IMG/VR virus record: IMGVR_UViG_3300049846_001717
Span: 1-64,000 of that record
Direction: 5' to 3' (one strand)
From: a virus
Length of the DNA stretch: 64,000 nt
Part shown: piece after piece, positions 47,757-58,389 of the stretch
How the letters are laid out: every line of letters begins with the position of its first letter
How positions within the stretch are numbered: position 1 is the first letter of the stretch
Notes under the pieces: model-generated
What the model was told of the DNA's origin: nothing
The model's database searches: none
Seen by the model: the letters and a program-made list of their open reading frames with translations, nothing else
Position numbers and translations under genes: made by a program

Positions 47757-48092
47757 TTAAGGGAATTCTAGCAGATAGTGACGCAGTCGATGGCACGTTG
47801 CACATCGTAGTTCACACTTGTCGAGTTCTTTCTTGAGTTCTTCCCATCGGAAGATGTACTTACCACTGATCTTGAATTCTTTTACCGTGGGATCCATATG
47901 GTCAAAATCGTAACAGACCGGATGGAAGGTTTTCTTGCAGTCCACGCAGATGCCGCCGAGATAAGCAACGGCTTTGATTTTGACCTCGGCGGACCTTGTA
48001 GCTTTGATACAGGTCGAACATTTGACACGAGTGTCGTGGTACTTGGGCTTAGGAATGTATTCCTTGCCACAATCACATCGATATAGTTTCAT
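47757..48092 (-). CDS. HNH endonuclease-like protein
   Basis: CVDC..YDFDH..KCELRCATCHR. Confidence 0.78.
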   Translation of the reverse strand: MKLYRCDCGKEYIPKPKYHDTRVKCSTCIKATRSAEVKIKAVAYLGGICVDCKKTFHPVCYDFDHMDPTVKEFKISGKYIFRWEELKKELDKCELRCATCHRLRHYLLEFP

Positions 48093-48136
48093 GCGACTCC
48101 ATATAGAGAATCCAACCTCTATACGTATCGCCGAAA

Positions 48137-48388
48137 TTACGCGGAAATGACCATTGTTTGATCACCACAAGTCAAATTGATTGACTGAGTGATTTCCTTG
48201 GCAACTTCGTGGAGCGTGGCGAAATCCGTCATGTCAAGATCGCCATACCAGAAATCACCTGACTCGGTAGTTGAGAGCACCGAATTCGGGTAAACCGTCT
48301 CGGTGAGTGGATGAATGATGCGTCCCTGGGTCAGCCCCTTGGACTTCATGGAACGGCTGGCCTGGTCCTGCACGTGTTCGTCGTACAA
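48137..48388 (-). CDS. hypothetical protein
   Basis: GAGGTG SD before TTG at 48388. Confidence 0.45.
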   Translation of the reverse strand: MYDEHVQDQASRSMKSKGLTQGRIIHPLTETVYPNSVLSTTESGDFWYGDLDMTDFATLHEVAKEITQSINLTCGDQTMVISA

Positions 48389-48389
48389 T

Positions 48390-48719
48390 TTACACCTCGT
48401 TAATGAATGTTGCGTAGTGAGTGATGCAGAGCGGCGGTTTGCCGTCATGTTCTTTGCGTCGGATGCCGAATTTTCCACAGACCATACAGGTACGAGCGGT
48501 TTCTTGAAGAATCGATTTAGCAAACCGTTTGAAGATTTCTGAATGGGGTGATGTACCATCATCTTCCAGATACAACACCCCGTCCTTGATTTCCACCCGC
48601 GTCAATCGTACTTGTAACGTCTGTACTGCATCACGAATGACGTCAACGGTATGGGCCCATCCCGGTGGCAACGTACCGAGTGTGTGATGGGTTTGAAGAT
48701 AGCTCTTGATAGTAGACAT
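48390..48719 (-). CDS. hypothetical protein with CxxCG motif
   Basis: TCMVCGKFG..LCITH. Confidence 0.6.
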   Translation of the reverse strand: MSTIKSYLQTHHTLGTLPPGWAHTVDVIRDAVQTLQVRLTRVEIKDGVLYLEDDGTSPHSEIFKRFAKSILQETARTCMVCGKFGIRRKEHDGKPPLCITHYATFINEV

Positions 48720-49549
48720 TACGCCAACGTCTTGAATCGAGTTTTGATCTCACGAACCGTGTCAGCGAAATTCGGCTGTTTGTCCGGTTCGGGATGCCAA
48801 CAAATGTTACGTTCGATCAGATTGTATTCTTCCACGATTCGAGCACCGGGAATCGATGATCCATCGGGATTGTGATCTCGACCCAACAACCAGATATGAT
48901 CGGCAACTGACACGGCGGCCGTAACGTCGTGGGTGACCACAACAATCGTGTTGAAATCCGCAACGTTACCTAGTGCATGGATCATATCCATAACCTGTCG
49001 TTGAACAATCAAGTCCAGTCCAGAAAACGGTTCGTCCATGGACAAGAAATGTTCGGAACACATCATCTGCTGGGCGATGGACACTCGTTGGCGCTGACCA
49101 CCCGACAACTGTGCCGGATATACGTCTCGCTTATCGGTCAGTCCAAATCGTTCAAGGAACGATTGAATTTTGTCTCGAAGCGCCGCGCCCTTCAATCCTG
49201 CTTGTGCACCAGCAATAGCAAGATTGTCATAGACTGTACGCCAATCGAACAACAGATAATTCTGTGGCACCTTGCCAACGAGGCCTGCTCGTACCGGCAC
49301 GCCGTCCGGTCCCAACAAGACTTCACCCGATGTGGGCGCCCGAAGACCCGTGAGTACCTGTAATAGCTGGGTTTTGCCGATGCCACTGGGTCCGAGCAAT
49401 CCAATGATCTGTCCTTGTGCCATGTCCGGCCGTTTGATATCCCGAACGGTTAGATTGACATCACGAAGGATCGGATTACCACCCAACGTCAAATTGACAT
49501 TGCGGACTTGGAGAATGGTGGCGTCATATTTGTATGCAAAGTCACTCAT
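48719..49549 (-). CDS. ABC transporter ATP-binding protein (NitT/TauT-like)
   Basis: GPSGIGKT, YPAQLSGGQRQR, MDEPFSGLD, VTHD. Confidence 0.92.
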   Translation of the reverse strand: MSDFAYKYDATILQVRNVNLTLGGNPILRDVNLTVRDIKRPDMAQGQIIGLLGPSGIGKTQLLQVLTGLRAPTSGEVLLGPDGVPVRAGLVGKVPQNYLLFDWRTVYDNLAIAGAQAGLKGAALRDKIQSFLERFGLTDKRDVYPAQLSGGQRQRVSIAQQMMCSEHFLSMDEPFSGLDLIVQRQVMDMIHALGNVADFNTIVVVTHDVTAAVSVADHIWLLGRDHNPDGSSIPGARIVEEYNLIERNICWHPEPDKQPNFADTVREIKTRFKTLA

Positions 49550-49550
49550 A

Positions 49551-50342
49551 TTACTTACGTCCTGCTGTAGTTAGTGACGCGTGTGGACAGAGTTGCCGTT
49601 TGAGATAGACGAAGAATCCATCCTGCAACAAGCCGAACAATAGAAACATGAGTTGAATGGCGAAGATGATTTCGAGATTCAAATGTCGTTCTTGATTTGC
49701 AAGAACCACACCTACACCACCCTCGTATCGAACCAATACCTCAACACTGGTCAACATCATCCAGACCATTGCGGCATTGCCTCGAATCAAGTCAAGCATT
49801 TTGTCCAGTGTGCCTAGTACGAGAACTTCCCACACAATATGCCACTCCGACATGCGAAGGGTTCGGGCGTGTTCGAATCGTTCAGTCGGCACATTTTGAA
49901 GTACATCATCCACCGACGGCAACAGGAATACGACACCGAAGAAGGTCAGAAGGAAGATTTTCAACTCATGTCCGTCGGCCGCGAGGAAATTAAAGAGCAA
50001 TCCAAGGCCTGCCATTGCGAGAAATCGACCCAGCGAAATGGCTTTGACAATCGGACGAAACACTGGCAGTGCCGTAAGATACCCGAGCGCCAGTGAAATA
50101 CCAACGACAAGGCCCACCGCTTCGAAATTTGTCCATAGACTACTGAGCATGGACGCGGCGAAGCTCGTGTTATCCAGTTCAAGACTCCATAACTGAGTCC
50201 ATGTAACGAGAATGGCCCACGGAGACGGAAAAATCGCCGGGAGCAACGTCCAGGCCAGCAGAAATGCGGCCAGCTCGACCATGGCGATCTTAGTGAATGT
50301 TACTTTGTTGATGCTTTGATTTGGAACAAACCATCCACGCAT
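49551..50342 (-). CDS. ABC transporter permease (NitT/TauT-like)
   Basis: ~6 TMs, FEHARTL EAA-like loop. Confidence 0.82.
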   Translation of the reverse strand: MRGWFVPNQSINKVTFTKIAMVELAAFLLAWTLLPAIFPSPWAILVTWTQLWSLELDNTSFAASMLSSLWTNFEAVGLVVGISLALGYLTALPVFRPIVKAISLGRFLAMAGLGLLFNFLAADGHELKIFLLTFFGVVFLLPSVDDVLQNVPTERFEHARTLRMSEWHIVWEVLVLGTLDKMLDLIRGNAAMVWMMLTSVEVLVRYEGGVGVVLANQERHLNLEIIFAIQLMFLLFGLLQDGFFVYLKRQLCPHASLTTAGRK

Positions 50343-50405
50343 TATGAAACTCGGAATGAGGCGGTGTAGTGGGGCCGTGGAATACGACCCCACTCACCAA
50401 CCAGT

Positions 50406-52223
50406 TTACTTGCCTTCGCCGATGACGATTTCGACACGGCGATTGAGAGCACGACCCTCGCTGGTGTTGTTGTCAGCACGCGGCGCACGTGATCCCATAC
50501 CAAGAGCACGGAGTCGGCCCGGCGGGAAGTCCGACGGCGACTTCTGTTCCAACCACTCCTGTACCGCATTGGCACGAAGCTGTGACAACGCCTCGTTCGT
50601 CGCATCACTGCCCACATTATCCGTGTGTCCGTTGATCTGGACATAGGAACCACGTGCGATAACCAAATGATTGTACAGTTCATTCAATACACGGATCGAC
50701 TGCGGCGTGAATTCTGCCGATCCGGTTCGGAACGTGATGGTATACGAACCACGAGCGAACACATTGGTCATCTGTGCGGCGCCTGAGTACGTAACCTGTT
50801 CGGCCGAGGCGGTAACCGTCGGCGTCATGGCACGCGCCGCATTCACCGCGCCGAGATAGACCACCGATTCCAACGGTGGATAACTCGGATACAAATTCGG
50901 ATACTGCTGAACTACGATATCACCGAACGTAATGTAGGTCGCGGCGAACGAACCATTACGAAGACCCGTCTCCAGGCCGAAGGCATCGATGTTGTCCGCG
51001 AGATTGGCAACACGACTTCCGCCGAGTTCCACCATCAATCCCTGTACGTCCTTCTCTACGACGCCCTTGAAATACTTCTCCCAATACTTGTAATCATTTT
51101 CGGCGTAAAGGGCGGCCGACGCCTTCATTGCGGCCGTGAGAGCGGACGGATAGGCATTGATCTGATCCGCGGCTTCCCACGTTGCGGCCAACATTTCGGC
51201 CACCGCCTGAGTATTCTCCACCGCCACCTTACGGATCATAATGACCGTAGTCGGCATCTGCAACGTCCACTGACGGGTAGACGCGATATTCACCAGTCCA
51301 CCCTTTTGACGGGCCACATTCACATCGCCCGGCGTCCACGTTACCGTGCCGTCAACACAAACACGCTTCCGTTCACCGGTACGCTTACCTTCCCGTACCA
51401 CAGGACGTTCTTCGCAGTAGCCAGCAATGTACTTGGCCGGCGCATCAAGGAAGTCCTTCGCGTTGACCCAGTTCACAGCGTCCGGATCATAGGTGGTCAT
51501 GTCCGGGTTGTTTCGAAGGTCATTTGCCTGACTATATCGCATTGCGATATTCCAGTCACCATCGGGTACATAACCCGAAATCAATGCACCACGCATCGAC
51601 TGTGGATTATCACGCCAAATCTGCGGTCCCATCAACTTGTCTTCACCGTGTGAGTAGCCGATGATACCAACAACATTGGCTACGTATTCCGGTCCAATCT
51701 TCTCCAACTGTGGATTGATGCCAGCAAGAAAAGCGCCGGCACCGTCACCCATGATGGTGACAAACGCCACACCATCCGACTGCGCGGCCCGACCTGCTTC
51801 GAGATCGGTCGCGTACTTCAATAGATCCTGCTGCATCTTCGCGACGTCATCCTGTCGGCGGAGAGACACGTTGACTCCTCGACGTTCGGCGATACTACCC
51901 TTCATCGGCACCGCGCCACCAAGGGCACCGATGAGTGCAGCGTTGCCGTTCCACGCCCAGATTTCACCAGGAATACGAGGCGTGGATAGAGCCGCCGGCA
52001 CCGAGCTTGGGAGCGGGAGCTGTGCGACCTGTGGTCGGACTCGACGAGTCGTGCCTGAATCGGTCAACGCCTCGGCCGCGATACGGTTCGGCACCAGCGA
52101 TGCCATGGTCTGTCCAAGGTATCCGCGTTCCGCGCCGAACTTGATACCGGCGCCGATGAGGGCGAGGACGGCGATGAGCCCAAGATTCTTGAGCAACTTG
52201 TGAGCCTTCGGAGTTAATGCCAT
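50406..52223 (-). CDS. ABC substrate-binding protein fused to C-terminal OmpA-like peptidoglycan-binding domain
   Basis: N-terminal TM; GHTDNVGS..LSQLRANAV..NRRVEI. Confidence 0.82.
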   Translation of the reverse strand: MALTPKAHKLLKNLGLIAVLALIGAGIKFGAERGYLGQTMASLVPNRIAAEALTDSGTTRRVRPQVAQLPLPSSVPAALSTPRIPGEIWAWNGNAALIGALGGAVPMKGSIAERRGVNVSLRRQDDVAKMQQDLLKYATDLEAGRAAQSDGVAFVTIMGDGAGAFLAGINPQLEKIGPEYVANVVGIIGYSHGEDKLMGPQIWRDNPQSMRGALISGYVPDGDWNIAMRYSQANDLRNNPDMTTYDPDAVNWVNAKDFLDAPAKYIAGYCEERPVVREGKRTGERKRVCVDGTVTWTPGDVNVARQKGGLVNIASTRQWTLQMPTTVIMIRKVAVENTQAVAEMLAATWEAADQINAYPSALTAAMKASAALYAENDYKYWEKYFKGVVEKDVQGLMVELGGSRVANLADNIDAFGLETGLRNGSFAATYITFGDIVVQQYPNLYPSYPPLESVVYLGAVNAARAMTPTVTASAEQVTYSGAAQMTNVFARGSYTITFRTGSAEFTPQSIRVLNELYNHLVIARGSYVQINGHTDNVGSDATNEALSQLRANAVQEWLEQKSPSDFPPGRLRALGMGSRAPRADNNTSEGRALNRRVEIVIGEGK

Positions 52224-52253
52224 TTGAAACTGTTCTCCTATTGGAGTGAAAGA

Positions 52254-53252
52254 TTACTTCTTGACGGAAAGGAAATCGGAAAGTGCTGCGTCCGGAGTTG
52301 ATACAACCAACTGGGCAGGAACATTCGACGGGGTTCCGGCAGTCAGGAGACCCTGACTTCCCATCGTACCCAACTGCTTCTTAAGGTCGGCAAGACCTTC
52401 GTTACGAAGGGCTCGCTTGTTCAGGTCAATAGACCCAGCGGCCGTTCGTGACGTTTCTACGAGGATTTCGAGCTTCGCACGCTTCTCATTGTACTGCGTA
52501 CGGATTCGATCGGTCGCGGCGTCATACATTTCACGCTTGGCACCACCCGCAAGAACGGCCGAGATCTTGTTGTTCGCGGAACCCATCGCCTGGGCCGCCG
52601 CATGTCGCTGCGTCTCCAGCTGAACCTGTGTCTTGGTCGTGCTGATTTCGTAGTCCACACGCTTCAGCGCTTCGATGAGGTCTGCAATACCACTGTCCAG
52701 ATCGACGCTCATTTCGGCCAGTTCATCACTGGCTCGCTTGATGGCCGCGGCGTTTTCCAACGCGGCGTTCACCGAGAGGTCTTCTTCCACCGATGTACCA
52801 GCAGCGGCGTGATCGCGAATGCCGGCTTCGGCCTGACTCTGATATTCCTTGATATTCTTCCGATACGCGGCGACCTGCATATCCAACGTACGCTTGGCGC
52901 CCTGTACTTCGGAAATCGCTTCCACCAACTTCGCCCGCTGGTCGATGGCGAACGCAAGGAAGGACTGCATGATGGACACCGGGTCCAAATCAATGACGAG
53001 ACTCGTCATCCATCGGCTGATCATCTGAAAGAGATACCAGGCCGTGTCACTTGTCACGATCTTGTAAATCAGACCCAGTCCCGCCAACAGACCACCCAAC
53101 ATATAGATGTTGGTGGCGGCGGTGATGAGAATCGGAAATACGAGATTGATCAATAGTGCGGCCGGTACGGCTAACACAGCGAGTAGAATGTAACCCGCTT
53201 TACCTTCCGGACGCTTCCAAAAGGACGTAGTGTTCGTATCAGAAGTGTTCAT
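52254..53252 (-). CDS. membrane-anchored coiled-coil protein (PspA-like)
   Basis: 2 TMs then long coiled coil after DPVSIM. Confidence 0.6.
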   Translation of the reverse strand: MNTSDTNTTSFWKRPEGKAGYILLAVLAVPAALLINLVFPILITAATNIYMLGGLLAGLGLIYKIVTSDTAWYLFQMISRWMTSLVIDLDPVSIMQSFLAFAIDQRAKLVEAISEVQGAKRTLDMQVAAYRKNIKEYQSQAEAGIRDHAAAGTSVEEDLSVNAALENAAAIKRASDELAEMSVDLDSGIADLIEALKRVDYEISTTKTQVQLETQRHAAAQAMGSANNKISAVLAGGAKREMYDAATDRIRTQYNEKRAKLEILVETSRTAAGSIDLNKRALRNEGLADLKKQLGTMGSQGLLTAGTPSNVPAQLVVSTPDAALSDFLSVKK

Positions 53253-53872
53253 GAAATGAGATTGGCTGAAATGAGGTCGCGGTCGTGTTCAAGTTGAGAC
53301 GCCACTACATTCGCCGCCATCTGTAGTTGCGCTTGTTTCGTACGAAGTTCAGCATCGATCGATTGACGCTGGGATTCTGCCGTAGCCACCTTCACTCGAA
53401 GTTCGGTGATGGCCACTTCCAACTTTGCCCGTTCTGCGTTCAACGTATTGATTTCGGTGGTCTTCGCCGTAATCTGGTCGGTCAGTAGATTGGACAAACT
53501 GGACTGTAGATGTTCCGTTGCTGACTTCAGCAACCGGATTCGATCGGTGACCGAATCGAGAATCTGTTGTGCCGTGAGCGATCGGAGGCGCATCACGCTC
53601 TTCATCGCGGTTCGTGCTCGGACATTTGGATCGGCGATGTCCTGTGCCAGATCACCATTCATCGTGACGAAATCGGTATATCCGGGAACCGAAGACTGAT
53701 TGATCTTGTCTTGGATGATTCGTAGCGCCCGGTCATCCATTGGAACACTAGACGTCGTTGCGGCCGTTACCGTTGGCGGTAACGTCGAGGAAGGAATAGA
53801 CGAAACAGGCTTCGGAGCCGGCACATCATCCGTCACTAATCCCTGATCACGAAGAAAATCTCTGATACCCAT
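53249..53872 (-). CDS. coiled-coil hypothetical protein
   Basis: First gene of ABC operon. Confidence 0.6.
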   Translation of the reverse strand: MGIRDFLRDQGLVTDDVPAPKPVSSIPSSTLPPTVTAATTSSVPMDDRALRIIQDKINQSSVPGYTDFVTMNGDLAQDIADPNVRARTAMKSVMRLRSLTAQQILDSVTDRIRLLKSATEHLQSSLSNLLTDQITAKTTEINTLNAERAKLEVAITELRVKVATAESQRQSIDAELRTKQAQLQMAANVVASQLEHDRDLISANLIS

Positions 53873-53893
53873 ATAACTCGTTGTTGAAGTGAA

Positions 53894-54119
53894 TCATGTA
53901 AAACTGAGTGATCCGACTATACTGTAGTGTTGTGAGCAAGCGACGGTTCAAAAATCAACAGTCAACATGCAAATGACAATGTCAGTATACGGAAAAACCC
54001 CGTGTCAATCAAAATCTGAGTGATGGGATACTCGTAGGTCAACGACATTCCGCCTCGAATATTTAAGAGCCGTTGCTCTCCAAGACTGCAATACACCCGA
54101 ATCACTCAGTTTTACATGA
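53894..54119 (-). repeat. 19-bp perfect inverted repeat enclosing TTGA-rich structured RNA
   Basis: TCATGTAAAACTGAGTGAT (53894-53912) / ATCACTCAGTTTTACATGA (54101-54119). Confidence 0.75.
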
Positions 54120-54121
54120 CG

Positions 54122-54703
54122 TTAGATCATGCGTTCGGCTTGAAGTACCGCCAATTCCGCATCGGATAGCAGAATGGTTGTAGTCGCGTTGAGAGACTCC
54201 AACGCATCCTGCAACAGATCAATGTTCTTTTGTAGAGTGTGTGCCATTTCCGCCGCAGCGTTGATGGTGTCCTGTGACAGGACCGAATACGACGCAATTT
54301 CCGGCGATGCGCCGTAGGATAGGGACTGGGCATTTCGGGCAGCTTCAACGCGAGCGCGGAGCTGTTCTTCGGTCGGCACCACTGATGCCATAGCGAGGGA
54401 CCGATACGTGGCCAGGCGACCCGCAAGAGCGGCCTGACGCGTGAGAAGGTCCGTAATGCCTGAGGTGGCATTGGCCTGACCAATTTTGATACGAACGATT
54501 TCCAACGTGGAACTGAGCGTCTCGTACTGCGCGATCGCCGCACGATGCTTTTCTTCGGCCTCACGAACCTGTGTTAGAAAATCAGGATCGTGGATATTGA
54601 ACCGGACCATCGACGACTGCGACTCACGTTGCAGTTCCTGCAGACGAGCGGCAATACGGTTACGAATCTTGGCGGCGCGGCGGAGCGAAACGGTCTGTGT
54701 CAT
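54122..54703 (-). CDS. helical coiled-coil protein (DIP1984-like?)
   Basis: SLRRAAKIRNRI..KIGQANA..LQDALESLNATT pattern. Confidence 0.55.
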   Translation of the reverse strand: MTQTVSLRRAAKIRNRIAARLQELQRESQSSMVRFNIHDPDFLTQVREAEEKHRAAIAQYETLSSTLEIVRIKIGQANATSGITDLLTRQAALAGRLATYRSLAMASVVPTEEQLRARVEAARNAQSLSYGASPEIASYSVLSQDTINAAAEMAHTLQKNIDLLQDALESLNATTTILLSDAELAVLQAERMI

Positions 54704-54969
54704 GAAACCTGTTGGGTTGATGTTGCGGATTGTGGTTCGAATGATTGAAGTCTAGTACCGAACGTCTAGAAAATCAAGTCCCTTCTAACTGTACACATTG
54801 TGTCTATTTGAGCTGTTTTAACCATTTCAGTACAATAGCCCGAGCTACTTCTCTGGTCAAATCATATTTGGCCTGTAACGCACACCGGAGCGTGCCTACG
54901 GTAAGCTTTTCAGATGCGTGCAAGTTATCCAAAAACTCGAAGTATTGTGTATCGGTGTTCATACAAGAC

Positions 54970-55284
54970 TCAGTTGGAAATATTGTCAGCCAATCTGCAC
55001 AGAATGTTTCGAACCTGTCGTGGGGTCAACTTGGCAACGATTTTGCTTTCCATACGAAGGATCCACGCTTCCGATGCCTCAGGATAGAAATAGTGCAGCG
55101 TTTCATGTACTAGGGTAGAAATAATCTCATCCCGTGGATCAAGCCAGATTTCCGTTGGGAAAATATTCGTATAAACGTGGCCCCGAGAATTTCGCATCTT
55201 TCGGAACGATATTTTATGACCGTCGGCCAGAAATCTATACAGCCGTTGTGTATATCGATCGACATAAGGCTTGGTTACCGTCAT
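54970..55284 (-). CDS. small HExxH metallopeptidase-like protein
   Basis: TLVHETLH. Confidence 0.55.
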   Translation of the reverse strand: MTVTKPYVDRYTQRLYRFLADGHKISFRKMRNSRGHVYTNIFPTEIWLDPRDEIISTLVHETLHYFYPEASEAWILRMESKIVAKLTPRQVRNILCRLADNISN

Positions 55285-55595
55285 GGACGAATCTCCGGAA
55301 GAAGAACAGCCCATAGATATCAGTGGTCCAGCCTTACCACCCAAAGTAGTAAAATCTACTATCAGATTGTACAAATTCTAGAGAATTGTGCCTCACAGAG
55401 GTTTTAACTCTTTATCGGTGGTCTTTAATGTATGGAGAGTTGTTGGAATGTTAGCACATTCTTTCTTTGGCCGCACCTTTCTTTCTTGGAGCCGGGAAAG
55501 ACGCGCAGGCGGGAGTCGAGAATGTAAGAACTCAATATTACATACTCGGAACCGGCCACAAACAAAGCGTCTAGAACGTAAGTTGTGGTTATGTT

Positions 55596-55880
55596 TTAGT
55601 GCAACTGGCTAACTTCGGACCGCATCCACAATGACCATCCAGCGTCGGGAATCTTCACCGACCATAAGGTATCATCGTGTGTGGACCGGGACCAGCCATC
55701 CAGCGCCGGTAGAATCGTGGCGACCTCATCGGTCCACGCGTGTTCCACCAGCCATTCGTTCATATGGTGTACCAACTTACTACGGGTCGGGGCCACAAAT
55801 GTTTCCGTGGTGCCGTCCTGATGTACAGCGCCGCCGACATAGATACGTTGGGTTTCAGTCATATCAGTTACTTCTGCCAA
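55596..55880 (-). CDS. hypothetical protein
   Basis: ORF track. Confidence 0.5.
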   Translation of the reverse strand: MAEVTDMTETQRIYVGGAVHQDGTTETFVAPTRSKLVHHMNEWLVEHAWTDEVATILPALDGWSRSTHDDTLWSVKIPDAGWSLWMRSEVSQLH

Positions 55881-56245
55881 TTTTCGGTGGGTTCATCATC
55901 GTCCTCATCCGGCATTTGCATGATTTTGTCGAACACAGATTGAATCGTTTCGATCTCATCTTTACTGAGCGGACCATCCGGATCGGCAGACATTTGTTGT
56001 AACAGCTCGTCAAAGCTGTTCGCTTGGTATTTGCCGTCAGCACTACGCCAGATTTTGGTATTTGCGCCATTCAGCTCCATACCAACGTCCGCAACCAATT
56101 GTTGGGTCAGCATCTCCACGTTCAACAATCGGGAGATGATTTCTGGCGTCTTGGATGTTTCCTTGGACAACAACAGGATAGCGATGAACAACACGCCGAA
56201 TCCAAACAACATCACCATCAGCAATGCTAATGTATCTGTAGACAT
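55868..56245 (-). CDS. membrane-anchored hypothetical protein
   Basis: N-terminal TM, GAGG SD. Confidence 0.6.
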   Translation of the reverse strand: MSTDTLALLMVMLFGFGVLFIAILLLSKETSKTPEIISRLLNVEMLTQQLVADVGMELNGANTKIWRSADGKYQANSFDELLQQMSADPDGPLSKDEIETIQSVFDKIMQMPDEDDDEPTENWQK

Positions 56246-56447
56246 ATGTCAACCTCGTTGAATTGATGCATATAACTATCAGTTACGCTGGGTCAAATAT
56301 GCTGTATAGAATGCGTGTGGCGTAATACGAAATGATGGGTAATACATCTTGCGATGCAAAAACCAGTGGAATGATGATGATCGCGGTTCCCATCCACCAC
56401 AAATTTCGTTGGATAAACGGGCGAGCGGTGGATATAGATACCATAGG

Positions 56448-56819
56448 TTACTCCTTGTCGAGAGATTCGTTTGCGATCAACGTTTCAATCTTGGTTTGTA
56501 GGGTTCGCACGGTATCCGTCAACTCGACGATTTTGTGTTCATCCGAGTCGGAGATCGCGTACGCTTCCCAATACTTCTTCTGCCATTTGGCGGCCGCACG
56601 ACGAGCTGCATCAAGTTCATCACGTAATGCATCGACTTCCAATTGATGGGTTTTATCGATTTCTTGACGTAGTGCCGTGATTTCTGACTTATGTTCTTCC
56701 GTTTCTTTCGTCGGTCGTGAGGCGATCCATTTTTCAAAACCTTTGACGATTACTGCGCCAACGGCGGCCGCGATGGCCGCTAACACTTCCGGTGATGCAG
56801 ATTGAAGACTTGACATCAA
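56448..56819 (-). CDS. membrane-anchored coiled-coil protein
   Basis: TM then coiled coil; TATTTATA upstream. Confidence 0.6.
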   Translation of the reverse strand: MMSSLQSASPEVLAAIAAAVGAVIVKGFEKWIASRPTKETEEHKSEITALRQEIDKTHQLEVDALRDELDAARRAAAKWQKKYWEAYAISDSDEHKIVELTDTVRTLQTKIETLIANESLDKE

Positions 56820-56898
56820 TGGCTCCCATCCATCTGATGAACATAACGTCTATAAATATCAAAACGTGATAGGAACCCGTAATAACTACTATGAACTA

Positions 56899-57171
56899 CT
56901 ATTCAATAAAATCCGTCACCACACGTGCCGCGGCTTTGCCCACCGTTTTGAATGTGGCGAGTGGTGTTAGTGTGTCGTTGACTTTGCGTCGTGCTTCATA
57001 TTGTCGCTTGCCCACCACTTCAATCGTACCAATTTCCTTGCCATTCAAGAACACCACTCCGGTATTCGGAATGTCCGGTGCGACTTCAATACTCACATGT
57101 AGATGTTCGTAAATGCCATGATCCTTGACCACGCCATATTGAATGTAATGATCTCCAAATTTCTTTAACAT
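56899..57171 (-). CDS. hypothetical protein
   Basis: ORF track. Confidence 0.55.
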   Translation of the reverse strand: MLKKFGDHYIQYGVVKDHGIYEHLHVSIEVAPDIPNTGVVFLNGKEIGTIEVVGKRQYEARRKVNDTLTPLATFKTVGKAAARVVTDFIE

Positions 57172-57500
57172 TATGATTTATCCGGAAGAGGAAATAGCCA
57201 CCACATAGTGCCTGCCTTATCAGCGTATGCCCACAGAATCGTGCCGGGCAATTCATATTGAAACACAGGAATTACCTCGGTTGGAATAGAGGGTCTATAG
57301 ATCATACGATTCGATGTATTCAATGGAATGAACCGAGCGAGTTCACCGACATACCATTTACTATGGAGACTTATACGTATGTCTTTTTGTATGCGAACGA
57401 TGGCTGGCAACGGTACTTCGAGGGGAACATCACTGTGGATCATGCTATTGACCAATACATTGATTATATGTTTGGATGAGATCGTATCGAAGGTTGACAT
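57171..57500 (-). CDS. hypothetical protein
   Basis: ORF track, start adjusted. Confidence 0.5.
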   Translation of the reverse strand: MSTFDTISSKHIINVLVNSMIHSDVPLEVPLPAIVRIQKDIRISLHSKWYVGELARFIPLNTSNRMIYRPSIPTEVIPVFQYELPGTILWAYADKAGTMWWLFPLPDKS

Positions 57501-57501
57501 A

Positions 57502-58047
57502 TCAAATCGCCCCGTCGGTGTCTTCACCCGGCCCGTCCGTCAGATATAGGTCTTCTGGTAACAGGGTACCATCAAGGGCGGATCGCAATGGATTCTGTCG
57601 AGCATCAGTTCGCGTGTTCGTTTGTTTATGTAAGATGTCGAGTGTCGCGGCAGCAATGGAAATCGGATTATCCGACAGCGTCTCCCGGCCGGCGGCCGTA
57701 CGAATCGATTCCACTTCTGCCGCATGTTGAGTTTGTAGTTGATCTAACATCGACTTGGTTATTTTTGAAATATTCGCGCGCAGTTTCTGCTCATGAATTT
57801 TACGAATTGTGTGCATGATGTTCACGGCCACCAAATCAATGGTGAACAATGTCATCAACATAACCATAACAATGGATAACACCGACCGTGGAATGACCGA
57901 CCATGCATAATATATTATATACACTGGCGGCAGAACATACCAAATGGATTGTATGATCAGTTTGGCCCACAACGTGAGATTTTCTTTCCGGGTTTCATGC
58001 GGCCATAGCATAACACGAAGTTCGGGCCACGAGATTCGCAGGTTCAT
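57502..58047 (-). CDS. two-TM membrane protein
   Basis: Hydrophobic helices. Confidence 0.55.
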   Translation of the reverse strand: MNLRISWPELRVMLWPHETRKENLTLWAKLIIQSIWYVLPPVYIIYYAWSVIPRSVLSIVMVMLMTLFTIDLVAVNIMHTIRKIHEQKLRANISKITKSMLDQLQTQHAAEVESIRTAAGRETLSDNPISIAAATLDILHKQTNTRTDARQNPLRSALDGTLLPEDLYLTDGPGEDTDGAI

Positions 58048-58286
58048 ACCAACCCCAAGAGTTTACGTTCAAGCATCGTATATTTCTGTACCACGGTGCC
58101 GGAACCGTCTCGAACGAATTCTCGAAGTTCGGCCAACAGTTTGGCGTTCTGTTCATCTGCCGTGGTAGATGTGCCGACGGAAGTATACGACGAATTCGTC
58201 GAATCCATCGTATAGTAGGTGATTTTATAATCGGTCATTAATACTCTCCTCGAAAGAACATCACTACGTAGGGAATCCAGTTCCAT
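58044..58286 (-). CDS. hypothetical protein
   Basis: ORF track. Confidence 0.5.
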   Translation of the reverse strand: MELDSLRSDVLSRRVLMTDYKITYYTMDSTNSSYTSVGTSTTADEQNAKLLAELREFVRDGSGTVVQKYTMLERKLLGLV

Positions 58287-58389
58287 GCCACCGGATGCAG
58301 GTCTGCACGTGGGATATGGTCACAATACACCAACCCCCATGCTATACAATATCCCGTGGTTATATACCAGCCTATCAGAAATATGAATG

